DNA from: Eledone cirrhosa
Taxonomy: Eukaryota
Reading direction: 5' to 3'
NCBI GenBank assembly: GCA_964016885.1
Contig: OZ024740.1
Location: forward strand, 96,472,001-96,536,000
Length of the DNA: 64,000 nt
In this document: positions 38,799 to 51,472 of the stretch, piece by piece
How positions within the stretch are numbered: position 1 is the first letter of the stretch
Layout of the letters: each line of letters begins with the position of its first letter
Position numbers and translations under genes: made by a program
The notes under the pieces: generated by a model
What the model saw: the letters and a program-made list of their open reading frames with translations, nothing else
Databases searched by the model: none
Told to the model about the DNA's origin: nothing

Positions 38799-41700
38799 CG
38801 AAGGAGGTGTGGTAAGGAACCAGATTGACCATAACGCACCAGAGTACTCGATACTTAGGGTAGTAGAGTGGTTAATAGGACAGTTTCCAAGGCCGACGGT
38901 AGAGCTCCAGCGATTTTGACGGCTATTTCTGGGGTAAACTAGAATCTTTAGCGTGGTAAATAAATAGCCGAACATTTAAGGGGTAATTACTTATATGGAA
39001 ATATTGTAGTTGTCAAAGGTATCAGTCAAATTTTTTTGTAAACACAGTTAAATATTTCATGGCATTGGGTGCGAGGTAGGTGTGGGTGAACTTGCCTTTA
39101 GAACAATGAGGGAGTGGTGGAGCCGGTCAAGCGTTGATAGTGAATTCTATACACCATATTCTAAGGAGTGTGTATGAAATTAGGCTAGATAGGAAGCAGG
39201 CGAAAAAGGATTATGGAGAAAATAGAGAGGGGGCGTTATAGAATAGGTTAATAAATTGAGATTATAACATAATAAATAAATAAAAAAAATATATAAAAAT
39301 AATAAATAAAATCGGATTGTAAAAAGTAAAAATAATATCTCTAGTGTCTAAAGCAGCGGCTATAGTTTGTGTATGTTGCGTTTTGGGCCAATGCTATATA
39401 TAATTTACTGGGGAGGTGGTACCGAGGCTAGAAAAGCCCGATGGGCTGACTCGGGGTAGGCGAAAGAGGAAAAAGGCAAAGGAAGCGGATAGGGAGTGGA
39501 AGGAAGTGATAAGAAGAGATAAAGGGAAGAAGAAAAGACAAAGGAAAAGAAAAGAAGTACATATACCTATGTTAGCTGGGGTTTTTCCTATGTTGTTCGG
39601 CAAGTGGGAAAAAGGAAGATGTTGCATCCACTGTCTACCCACCTGGGTCATGGGGGGTTTGTGTGCGTGGTAAGTCCTACGTAATGAGGGTAAGTCCAAC
39701 AGATGAGGGACTGAACGTTTAACAAGGAAAATAGATCAAGCTCTTCCCGGGGACGAATATATTGAAACTGTCATCATGAGAGAAGAAGCAGCAGAGAAAT
39801 CGGAAATTGACGTTGCCTGAGGAAAATGAGCTGATATATGAAACATCGTAACTATTCAAAAATAATTGAGTAAGTCAGTCATTAATCTGATAGCAGAAAC
39901 CCGACACTGAATCTATTATTGTGCATGAAAATGAAAGGAACGAACCACCAGCTGCCTGTTTGTTATATAAGGATTCAACTGGCGCAGGGGAAGTTATATT
40001 TTACGAAATGGCTATAGCAATTAGCATTGATAGTATGGTAAGTAGCCCTGTTTTAAGCCTATTACTAATGTAATTGAACACGTTTATTCTTTATAGCTAT
40101 TTGAACAGTGTTGGTGATAGTGGTGCTATTTAAGTTTGTATAACATCCGTGGTTGAGCAGACTTATAATGAAAGGTATTCGAACGCTAATAATTACGTTT
40201 GCGGCAGAAAATAAAGGGCAATGAGATCATCCTTTATTTAAATGTTTAGTTATCTATTTAATGAATTGCAACTGAGGTTTCTATCAGAATGAATTACTAC
40301 TAAATCCACACGTCGCTAGGTCTCACACAGGTGGAATAGCTCTATATCTTTAGAATTATCTTCTTACATTTCTTCTTTTATTTTGGGCTTTAGCTTATAA
40401 AAGTGTAACTGTCTTTATAATCCTACAAATGTTTAAATCATATTCCAATATTATTTATATTCCTTTTTTTTCTAGTTTTATTTTTCTATTAACATGCAAT
40501 ATACTTCATCTAGATGTTCTTTTTTACACATTTTCGTTTAGTTTTGAAATTTATATCAAATAATATTTCTCACTCATATTACTATTTCATATTGGAATGT
40601 GTCACTCATTTTATCAAGTGAATAAAGAAAAATGTAATAGAAGTTAAGAAAACGAAAAATATAACCTTTACAACTGCCAATTTTAAAAGGTATAGAATGA
40701 AACAATTGGTTGCAATATATGAATTGACAGTTTTTTTCAGTTATTCCATTTGCGAATTGACAGATTTAAATTTTACGCTTTCCCATATCAACGTTAGTTA
40801 GCGTCTAAGGTAAACAGATGCGCTTTCAATAGGCTTATTGTGACAGTGACAGCATGGGTAAATAAACTAATCAACAACACTATTACAGACAGGATATTCC
40901 GGGATTTTCCACCAGAAAATACATTTGTTCTCAGAAACGACGTGTCAATTTACAATATTGAACATAATAAAGACTTGCAGAACCGGGCAAAGAAATAATT
41001 TGTTATAAAATAATTTTGTTAATTAAGCATGAACAGAATAGAAAATGGTGTGACAGGACATTTTTATAATAACCTCTGTGCAATTAGTGAAATGATTAGC
41101 AATATAAACACATGCGACTCCAATCCACATATTCTAAGACACATACTACGTACCTGATTATGCGAATATGCTACAAAATAGTAAACACGAAATACAGATT
41201 TTACACAAATATCAAAAGAACATTACTTGTATCATATAGAATGCTCTTAAAATTATTGAAAAATAAAAGTGTCTCAACAAAATTAATAGCGCGAAGTTAT
41301 TAACTTCTTGTACTTTATAATCATTATAAGAACATTATAGACGAAAGATTAGCGGACAAGATATGTACTCATTCATATCATACATATTTTAACATTGTTG
41401 GAAGTGCAAAGACGGTTCTGGTAAGATTAAGTTATACTCATCTCCACATGAATATCCAGAAGTCGATACTCACAGGAACAAGTATATTGAATAAGAAGGT
41501 ACCTATGTGTCGTCAGAATGTTTGCAAAAAGACCAACATTTCTTTGTAAGTCAGTTGTATATAGGGTGAGACAAACCCTCCCTAACACGGTCCAGATAAT
41601 TTAACTAACAGCAGTGGGAAAGCTATCTCTCATATTATTTCAAACAGTTTTTTTAAAAAAAGGCATATAGGAATGTGTTGCTCTGAATAAGCAATGTGTC

Positions 41701-42590
41701 ACAACGGAGCGGTAAAGAGTGAAATATATTTGAGTATATGTTTATTTGATCAGAGCTGATCAACTATATATACATTTTGAGTGTTATCAAAAATAGAGTT
41801 ACAAACAAATTGTCGTAATTTCATTGTTGCTTGAGCCATACACAGTAATAAGTAACACAACAGATTGCAGCTAAGGAGAATGTGAAAGCTACGTTGAGTA
41901 TTGTGAATATATCTATTCATAGAATGCTTTAATTAAATGCCTTCATCAACAGCCTATTTTGCCAATAGGTAAATCTATTGATATATACAAATATATAAAT
42001 ATGTGTGGTAAATTATATCAATTGATGATGCAACGGTGTAAGGCATACATATATTCTAAAGGTCTGATGTGATTTTTTTCAATATCCAGATTGGCGAAAA
42101 GCAGTGCACGGTAAATCACAGAGCATATATTATACAAATAATTGATCACCAATGTATAACAATTAATATGTTGTTTATTTGATTTACATATGTTTCATTC
42201 TCCTCCAAACGAAGTTATTTTTAAAACATTTACAGAGAAATCATCAATATCGTTTATATATAACATATAGGCGGTATGTATTTATGTGTACGCCATCATC
42301 ATTGAAACGTCAACAAGTAAATAAAGCTTTTCATTTATGTTATGGAAGTTTAGAAGTGCAGGAATTATTTAACGGTAATGTTCTTATTGGATAGTGTGGC
42401 AGGTATTTTCAGCACGCGTGGTTTGACATAATAAAATATATAATTGTTGTTAGTGTGTACACAGTATTATTTATTCACTGGAGTTACGATTGAATTTAAC
42501 TTCTGTACAGTGTTTAGTCGTACATTTAAGTTACATTTAAATAACTGCCGTACAAGGAGTGAGAAATGAAATTTTGTTTCATTCTATTCC

Positions 42591-42649
<59 letters not shown>

Positions 42650-42653
<4 letters not shown>

Positions 42654-42842
42654 AACCAGTAAGACCCCGACAGCTGAGCTCAAGCCGTTTCGACGGCTAA
42701 TTCTGGGTCCAGAATTAGCCGTCGAAACGGCTTGAGCTCAGCTGTCGGGGTCTTACTGGTTCCTATTACCCACTCTACTACCTCAAGTATTGAGTACTTT
42801 GGTGCGTTATGGTCCACCTGGTTCCTTACCACATTTCTTTCG

Positions 42843-42845
<3 letters not shown>
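42650..42845 (+). mobile_element. Perfect fold-back family G element (arms 42650-42706 and 42709-42766) plus tail
   Basis: Perfect palindrome; each arm carries the HHR 3' half GTC-GAAA-CGGC..GCTG-T-C-GGGG. Confidence 0.8.
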
Positions 42846-42875
<30 letters not shown>

Positions 42876-42878
<3 letters not shown>

Positions 42879-42983
42879 TTATTAAAATAACAGATTAAAG
42901 TTTAAGCAAAGAATCGCTGCTTTCACCTTTAACCGGATCTTCTGAAACTCTTGGATTTTAGTCTTCAATTTTATTACTATTAC

Positions 42984-42985
<2 letters not shown>
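42876..42985 (-). mobile_element. ~110-bp family A mini-insertion: HHR (42899-42949) joined to an inverted piece of the family A leader
   Basis: CAGAAGA-core HHR. 42948-42985 matches the reverse complement of 6275-6313. Confidence 0.78.
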
Positions 42986-43059
<74 letters not shown>

Positions 43060-44235
43060 TAAACGGAATATACCAATATATAATAATTTGTGTGTTACAC
43101 CTCTATTCTTTTAACTATATACATATATATATATATATATATTTATTTATATATGTATATACTTATATATATAAACTTATATATATGCACATACACCTAC
43201 ACACACATACATACACATACAGATATACATACATGTATATATATATATATATATGCCATTTAAATTAGTTTGATTACCAATGGATAGAACAGTTGGTTCT
43301 GGTTTTCAAATCATGTGGTAATATATCAATTAAAGCACTCAACACTATGCGAGGCATCGATCGTAGATGTTTTACCCAGTGGTTGGTGCAGGGACGGAGT
43401 AAAGTCATTAATAAACAACAACAGAAGTCCGGACTGGAAAATGTGCTTTACATTTTAAATCCGTGAAATCACTATACATGTTTCAATGGCCCATATCCAT
43501 CATCCAATGTTAATGTATTCGAGGACTACCCCTTACCAATAGAACATTTGTTTTTACAGCAGACACCGAATGGAATTCTCACTTCTTAATTTTCTATTTC
43601 TATTCTATTTCCGTAACCCTATTAAGTAATGCTATGGATTTCACTTGATGAGACCATCATCTCTTTCATCATAATTGAATGTTATAGTTGGGCATTCGAA
43701 ATATGTATTCGAAGTTGTTCAGGTAGAGAATAGAATTAATATCGGCTTCGAATGAATGAATATACTTTATATTAGAAACTGATAATTTTCTAATTAGGCA
43801 TATAATTCTGAACGTTTATGATTTTGTATGCATATTTATATTTAAGTATAAGATTGCAAATATATGAATTATATACTTACACTATATTATTCCGTTATGT
43901 TGTATGTTTTAATCAATGGATACCATTCATACACAGGCTCAGTATCAAGAGCTTTTTCATGAATTATATGAACTCAGGTGCTTATTTCTATGGTGTAATG
44001 CTTTATCAATCTCGATATTTTGACGTAACTAAAAAGGGCTATTGGGACAATAGATATCTTTAAAACCTAGGTTGTTTTATGTCAAATATTTAGAGAATCG
44101 CCTACGGGCGCATATACACACGTGTAGACTAACATATGTATTTACAAATGTCTCTGTTTCATTGTAAGCATTCCTAACATGTGGTTGTGAAGCGAACCAT
44201 ATATATAGGGAAAATGCATCTTGTTATTATATATA

Positions 44236-44782
44236 CTAGCAGTGGCACACGGCGTTTCACGGGATAAGGCATTTTGGAACGCGAGCCGACAACAGACTAA
44301 AACGTGGACAATATGTAAAGAGAATAAAGAAAATGCCTGGACAATATGTAAAGAAAATAAACTAAATACTCTGATGGCTGAATAATCTTTAAGATTTATT
44401 TCGATGAAGCAGGAAAAGTACAGGTGTTCACCTAATGCGGGCCCTAGGGATGAAGTAGATGAATATGTTTTTATGTGCATAATATGCCTTGAAATTTCGG
44501 GAAAATCCGCTACACGTAACGCCTCAAAAAGACCCTAAAAAGCTGAAGAAAAAACGCAGTTTTTCACTTAGTGGTTCAACAAGTTGAACTTTTTATGTGC
44601 ATCACACTCCCGGAAATGTACGAAATAGACATGGAAGTTTGAAAAAAAATCGATTTGGTACTTCTCGAGTTTTGGGGATTCAAACTCACACACACACACA
44701 CACACATATGTACACATACACACACACACGCTGACACACACACACACGTGCACACACACATACACACACACACACAAACACC

Positions 44783-44830
<48 letters not shown>

Positions 44831-44885
44831 CACACACAAAGACGAGCGCGCGCGCGCGCACACATCGTCGGTTTTATACATATAG
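44236..44885 (-). mobile_element. Non-autonomous Helitron-like element (Lep1-type layout) with an internal (CA)n tract
   Basis: Minus strand starts CTATATGTATAAAA and ends with a GC-rich degenerate hairpin plus CTAG|T. AAGTTTGAAAAAAAATCGATTTGG block lies next to the microsatellite. Confidence 0.6.
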
Positions 44886-45133
44886 TTAACGAGATAATTT
44901 TCTGCTAAATTCTTACGAAAGTTAATTTCGATCGAGGAATTAATAGTGACTAGAAATGTTCTTTATTACTTATAATGGATTTAAACGTGGCACGGACAGG
45001 GTATTTTTATTTTATTTATTTGTTTTCTTTTCCAATTAACCTATCAATATTAAGATTTCCTATTTTAGCAATTTCAGAATAACGACTGAGAGAAATTAGG
45101 GAGCTTAAACATGTTTGTCTTAACATGGGTATA

Positions 45134-45293
45134 TTAGCTATTAGAAATATCATACACTTTACCATCAAATCTAGATATTTGTTGGTGTACCTTGTGCAAA
45201 GCAAAGAGGCCATCCTTGTCTCGGTATAATACTCCGGTCAGGTCTGTGAAGAGGTTCTTTCGGTGATGTAGGATGTACGGGCCTACCAGGTCA
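45134..45293 (-). pseudogene. PLE RT fragment
   Basis: DLVGPYILH..GVLYRDKDGLF (LYRDDGL motif). Confidence 0.7.
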
Positions 45294-45321
45294 TATATAT
45301 ATATATATATATATATATGTA

Positions 45322-46997
45322 TACTGTTATACTTTGGGAGGGTCATGTTGTAAATAAGAAACACACGCACCAGAGTTTTCACTTCAATTTATTATAAATT
45401 AAGTTCATAAATTTGGGAATTTATAAAGAGAAAGAAGGAAGTAGGAAGGGAAGGGGAAGAGGGAAGCGAGTAAGGGGGAGGGAGTCCTAGGATTTAAGAC
45501 TGTCAGAATAGTAGAGATTGTAAGGAGAGAATGCTTTGACTGCAGTTAGCTTAATGAGGCGTGTTAGGGTTGGCGGGGGAAGTCAATACTTCTAGTGGTG
45601 TTGTATGGACAAAATTTAGTTAAAGGGGACAAATTGGTACAGCGTTACAGACAAGTTATTGGGGCTATTATAGTAGCAGGTTATTTCTAAAGGGGTCCCA
45701 ACACAGTGTTTAGTACTATTATTATAGAAAGCCATATCGTGTTTATAAACATATAAAACAGAAATTTGCAAACGGTGGTGAAAAAAGATAACATTACATG
45801 CATTTAAAAAAAAGAAAAAGTCGTTTTCAAACGATGGTTACAGTAAAGTGAACGTTCAATTTTGCTGTTCAAAAGTTTGTTTTCCGACGTTAAAATGCAG
45901 TATAACTCCATATTGCATAATTTACAGAATCGATGATTTTGCTAATATGCAGGCGCAAAAACAATAATTTGCCAATCAAGGGGAATGCTTGATTGTTCCT
46001 CCGGAGCTGCCAGGCTTTATCGGCGAGGGTTGTTACGGAGCGCATTTGCTCGTGCCTGATCGAAGATCGATGTTGGTATAGGCGAGCTTTGAAAGAGGTT
46101 GCGGTACATCCAACGTAACACCATTTGTTGGTTCCGGAATGTATTCTACATCGGTAGACAATATTGCGTGCTAGGCACTGGTTATTCAGTGGGCACGTAC
46201 CTGGTTTGGTGCAGTTACAGGTACGTGCCCACTGAATAACCAGTGCCTAGCACGCAATATTGTCTACCGATGTACAATAAATTCCGGAACAAACAAATGG
46301 TATTACGTCGGATGTACTGCAACATCTTTCAAAGCTCGCCTATACCTACATCGATCTACGATCAGGCACGAGAAAATGCGCTCCGTAACAACCCTCGCCG
46401 ATAAAGCCTGGCAGCTCCAGAGGAACAATCAAGCATTCTCCCTTGATTGGCAAATTAATGCAGTTGCCCCTGCATATAAGCGAAATCATCGATTCTGTAA
46501 ATTATGCAATATGGAGTTACACTGCATTTTAACGTCGAAAAACAAACTTTTGAACAGCAAAATTGAACGTTCACTTTACTGTAACCATCGTTTGAAAACG
46601 ACTTTTTCTTTTTTTTAAATACATGTAATGTTACCTTTTTACACCACCGTTTGCAAATTTCTGTTTTATATGTTTATAAACACGATATGGCTTTCTATAA
46701 TAATAGTAATAAACACTGTTTTTGGACCCCTTTAGAAATGACCTGCTACTATATTAGCCCCAATAACTTGTCTGTAACTCTGTACCACTTTGACCCCTTT
46801 AACTAAATTTTGTCCAAACAACACCACTAGAAGAATTGACTTCCCCGCCATCCTAAAACGCCTCATTAAGCTAACTGCTTCCAAAGCATTCTCTCCTTAC
46901 AATCTCTACTACTCTGACAGTCTTAAATCGTAGGACTCCATCCCCCTTACTCGCTTCCCTATTCCCCTTCCCTTGCTACCTCCTTCTTTCTCTTTTA
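45322..46997. mobile_element. Large fold-back PLE, family F: ~780-bp arms (45423-46203 and 46218-46997), each with GIY-YIG plus 3' region
   Basis: CPLNNQCLARNIVYRC..YVGCTATSFKARL..H..CKLCNME..LNSKIE..CNH on both strands; 14-nt loop. Confidence 0.92.
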
Positions 46998-47196
46998 TCT
47001 AGTGTATAACATATTTTCATATCATTCCACTACAACGGTCTGGAGACATGGTGTGTTTTCTTACAGTGTACCTTCGGTTTATGATAATATTTTTATATTA
47101 TTCAAATAGCGAGGTATAGGTAACCCGTACACTATAGAAACAATTGTTACCTAATAAATTCTTTATACCCGCATTTCCGTTTCATAAACTTCTTCT

Positions 47197-47263
<67 letters not shown>

Positions 47264-47670
47264 TGTAGTTATATATATAGTTATGTAGTTATGTAATAAA
47301 CAACATAAGTTAATTATTTCATTTACCAGTGATTTCTTGAAAGCAAACAAATTTGCTTTCAGTCATCAGAATGAAAAAATTCTGTTGTTGTAGACTCTAC
47401 CACAGCATTTTAATACGGCCACTTAACGAAGAAACCTTTTGTCTGCTTAACAGAAAATTAAGGCGTGCCTGATTTTGTATCCTTCTGTATCACTATGTAT
47501 TTTTCTTAAATCCATCAGCCAATGACCTTCTCCCCACCCTATTACTACCTTCTCATATCACCAGAAAATATATAAATACCACGACAACACATCGACAGTC
47601 AACATTCCTTATGATTTCCTTCGAATGAATCAATTCTAATCCTTTAGAAACCATTTATATATTAAATATG

Positions 47671-47769
<99 letters not shown>

Positions 47770-47778
47770 ATTTATATA

Positions 47779-48590
47779 TACTATAAAGTATGTCGATAGA
47801 ATCATTTGATAATATATGTACACCATTTCCTCTCCCAATTAACATAATCAGCCAGACAAAAAATCAATTGAAACAGGCTATAACATTAAAAGGCCCCTAT
47901 GTAGAAATAGTACATAAATAAACGACATCAATTTATTCGCGATCAACCGCTTTAGAATATTTACCCAACATTTCAATAGCACGTGGAAATCGATTAAATA
48001 TACCGTAAACCATACACAATTAGGTATACAATTAAAGTTAGGAGAAAAAATGCGTGTACACATAGCAGGATTACGTTTCTACCCTTAAGATTTTGTCGCT
48101 TTCCGAAATATCCTATCAAGGATAAAATCTCGAGCTTCGAACTCATCAGGAAACAAACTCATTTAGACAAAGAATTTTCTCAAGTGATCCTCGCCAGAAA
48201 CGAATTCAAAATGGCTAAGAACTGTGATGTGGCAGTGGTCAAATCAGAAATAATATGATTGGTGGCTTAACGCGAGTGGGCTGGTTGCTAGAAAGCGAAG
48301 TCCAATATTGCCCAAATTGCATCTCAAACTTATGGGAGATTATCAAATATAAAGATATACATATACACAAACTAGACAAAATCACAGACATATATGCTTT
48401 GTCAACCATTCACGATGTGGCTCAATGATGAATTACTAAATTAAATAATCAGTGCAATATACTATAAAGTATGTCCATAGAATCATTTGATATTATATAT
48501 ACACCATTTCCTCTCCCAATTAGCGTAATGAACCACACAAAAAATTAATTAAACCAGGCTATAAGATTAAAAGGCACCTATGAAGAAATA
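47779..48590 (-). mobile_element. Second copy of the retrozyme-like element (681-bp monomer plus ~130-bp repeat); HHR at 48075-48154
   Basis: Direct repeats at 47779 and 48460; helix I GTTTC/GAAAC, CTGATGA core, GUA site. Confidence 0.8.
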
Positions 48591-48607
48591 TAATATAAAT
48601 ATATATA

Positions 48608-48707
<100 letters not shown>

Positions 48708-48710
48708 GTA

Positions 48711-48999
48711 ATATAAAACGAAACTTCAGTGATGCATCTGAACTCAATGTATTGTGTGTTACAATTGTTTCGCCGCCGGACAGCTCGAGCCAAGATCATA
48801 GTGTGGATATGTCTGATTCTGAAGATCCTCACAATGATCGTGTCTCGAGCTGTCCGCCGGTGAAACAAGTGTAACACACAATAAATTAAGTTCAGATGAA
48901 TCACTGATTTTTCGTTTTATATGATATCACACTCTAATCTATAAGAACATAGAGTGATCAACCGGCATACAGCCTATGGAAGCATAGCTACCATCAGAC
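48711..48999 (+). mobile_element. Fold-back mini-element (48711-48922) plus tail, with an HHR-like core at 48819-48877
   Basis: CTGAAGA-T-CC..GG-T-GAAA-CAA(G/T)TG-T-A; helix I is poorly paired. Confidence 0.62.
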
Positions 49000-49037
49000 T
49001 CACACACACACATACACACTAACACACACACATACAT

Positions 49038-49078
<41 letters not shown>

Positions 49079-49952
49079 TTTATATATATTTATATGAAGG
49101 TTCATCAATGTGCAACTGGTAAATATTAGGTATATGAAGTTGAATGTTTAAATTTATTAAGGAGTTTTGTGGAACGATACGACAATGAAATTTTGCAAAT
49201 AATCGTAAACAATTTTATCCGATGTGGGTTCCTTGTAATCATTCTACACGTATGTAATGGAGAAATATGTTGGTCAGTGGTGGAAAAGGTTAACCATTCG
49301 CTCATAGAGTCATAGAGATAATAGCAGCTTAGGCTATTCTCGTGAATGTGGAGGTGTTCCAATGCTTAAGAATATATTCGTTACACAGGTGCCTGTAGGA
49401 ATTGATTAGGTTTTCTAGATACCTCAGCTCCCCTTCCGACATGACTGGCTGATTTTTTAGTTAACATAGTGTACGTGACTTTTCAGGACATATTCATTTT
49501 ATACCGAATTATACAATGCTCTTTTAGAATTTGCAAACCGAGTTGGTGACCTTTATGTTATATCTATTTTCAGGGCGTACATAATTTGATTTTGGTTATA
49601 GGAAACGGCATTTAATCTAGGATTCCGACCTTCCCGCTTAGGTATTAAATTCCACATGTTTGGTTGACATGGTGTACGTCACTTCGGCTCAAGTCACTAC
49701 ATTGCAAACCAAGCCGATTAAGAATGGTCTCTGTCTTGTGCAACTGCAATCTATGGTTATACATTTCGGATGGTGGCCGGTAATGTTATGCACTTGTCAC
49801 AAGAACGCCGAATAATATGGTCATGGGGATAAGGAATTATTTGTCTGTTTGAGCTTAGAAATTGAGGTTATGTTCCCAAGATTTATGTCAATTCATAGGT
49901 CATGTTCTGGAGTGTATTTGACGTTACCGATTTCATGTTTATCAGAATGTGC

Positions 49953-49992
<40 letters not shown>

Positions 49993-51278
49993 GCACATTC
50001 TGATTACACGCATTTATATATATATATAAATGCGTTTGTGTATGTTTGTGTGCGTGCATGTGTGTGTGTATGTATGCATGTATAAATATATATACACAAT
50101 TGTTTAAATGCGATATTCATATCAATCTCATTCTAAAACGCTGTTATGCATTTTTTCGGTGCATTATTCATGATCATGCAATCTCCTAGTTGTTTCTTGT
50201 TGTCATTTGCTGAGATGGTGTATTTTTCAAATCTCCAACAGCCATTTCAGTCATGCAATTACGTAACATTTATGCGCACACATTGTATTGCATATTCAAA
50301 TAAATGCCGTCATTTTCAAAGGTTACCACGCTTTTTTTCTCTAATACGAAATATAAGGCGTATCTAGCATTTCATAAAAAGGCATTTTTTTTTTGCGATA
50401 TAAACTGCCGTAAAGCAATGCAATAGCACCGTTGCTTCTGGGTTTTTAACTTTGTGTGTTCAGTTAATTGGAATATATTATTATTAAAGAAACGAAAGCA
50501 CTTCTCTAAAATGATCATGGTTACCTCTGGGTTTAATACAAATATAACTAGTTTGCTTCACAGAATGTTATCATGCATTACGACACAATCTTTGGAAAAA
50601 GAATTGTTTCTACTACTTGGGATGTAGCAGTGCGTATAATTACGTGCTGCATTAAGATTATTTTCAACGTAGCATTTAAATACCATTACAATTGATAATA
50701 ATGTATCCAACCTGCACACTAATACTGCGCACATGCTGATACATAGACACAAATAAACGCCCATAATATATAAAACATAATGTTTTCAACCAAACAGAAT
50801 TCCTTACATGTTTTTTTTCTTAAATCTAAATCTCAATTTGTTCTTTAAATCTAAAACTCAATTGTTCTTAAATCTAAATCTGTCGTCTTAAAATATGACT
50901 CCGTCAATTGTTTTGCGTGTTAGCCGTTTGAGTTTTGGTTTTCTAATTACTTAATTCGTAGGGCCAACACATCAAATAAATATAATATAATTCTAATATC
51001 GTATCAATATTTCAACGTAACATATATCACAACAGTTTAATACCGCGTATTTGAATTGTTTTAATCACAAGAATAATGATTAAGAGAAAACGGATATTGA
51101 CGACTCAGAGATATATTTACTAAAAGCAAGTCTCGGATAGAGTAAGACGAGGTGGGATCATTTAATGAGGGTAAAGTAGAAGTGATACAAGTTTTCTTTC
51201 TGCCATAGTTTCTTTTCGTATTCCTAATGTTCAAAGGAATCCTCATGAATATTCTAAAATACGAATATTATTATCATA

Positions 51279-51472
51279 GACCGTGGATTGGCAGTATCGG
51301 TAGAGGGTCGGACGCTATGCTTTGCAAGCAAAGAGTCACGGCCCTTTATGGCATGAGTTCAAATCCCGCGGATGTTAAGTTTGGCTTTCATCCTTACGGG
51401 GTCGATAAAATAAAGTACTCGTAATGCACTGAGATCATAGCTGGTCTTGTGGCAAGAGTAGAAACAATTATT
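51279..51472 (+). mobile_element. Octopus-type tRNA-derived SINE
   Basis: GTGGATTGGCAGTATCGGTAGAGGGTCGGACGC..GAGTTCAAATCCCG..CTTTCATCCTTACGGGGTCGATAAAATAAAGTAC. Confidence 0.88.

Noticed and set aside
43470-43510. HHR-like string on - (TGGATGA-TGG..CCA-TT-GAAA-CATG-TA)
   Set aside because: The core has two deviations and helix I does not pair; possibly a decayed motif.
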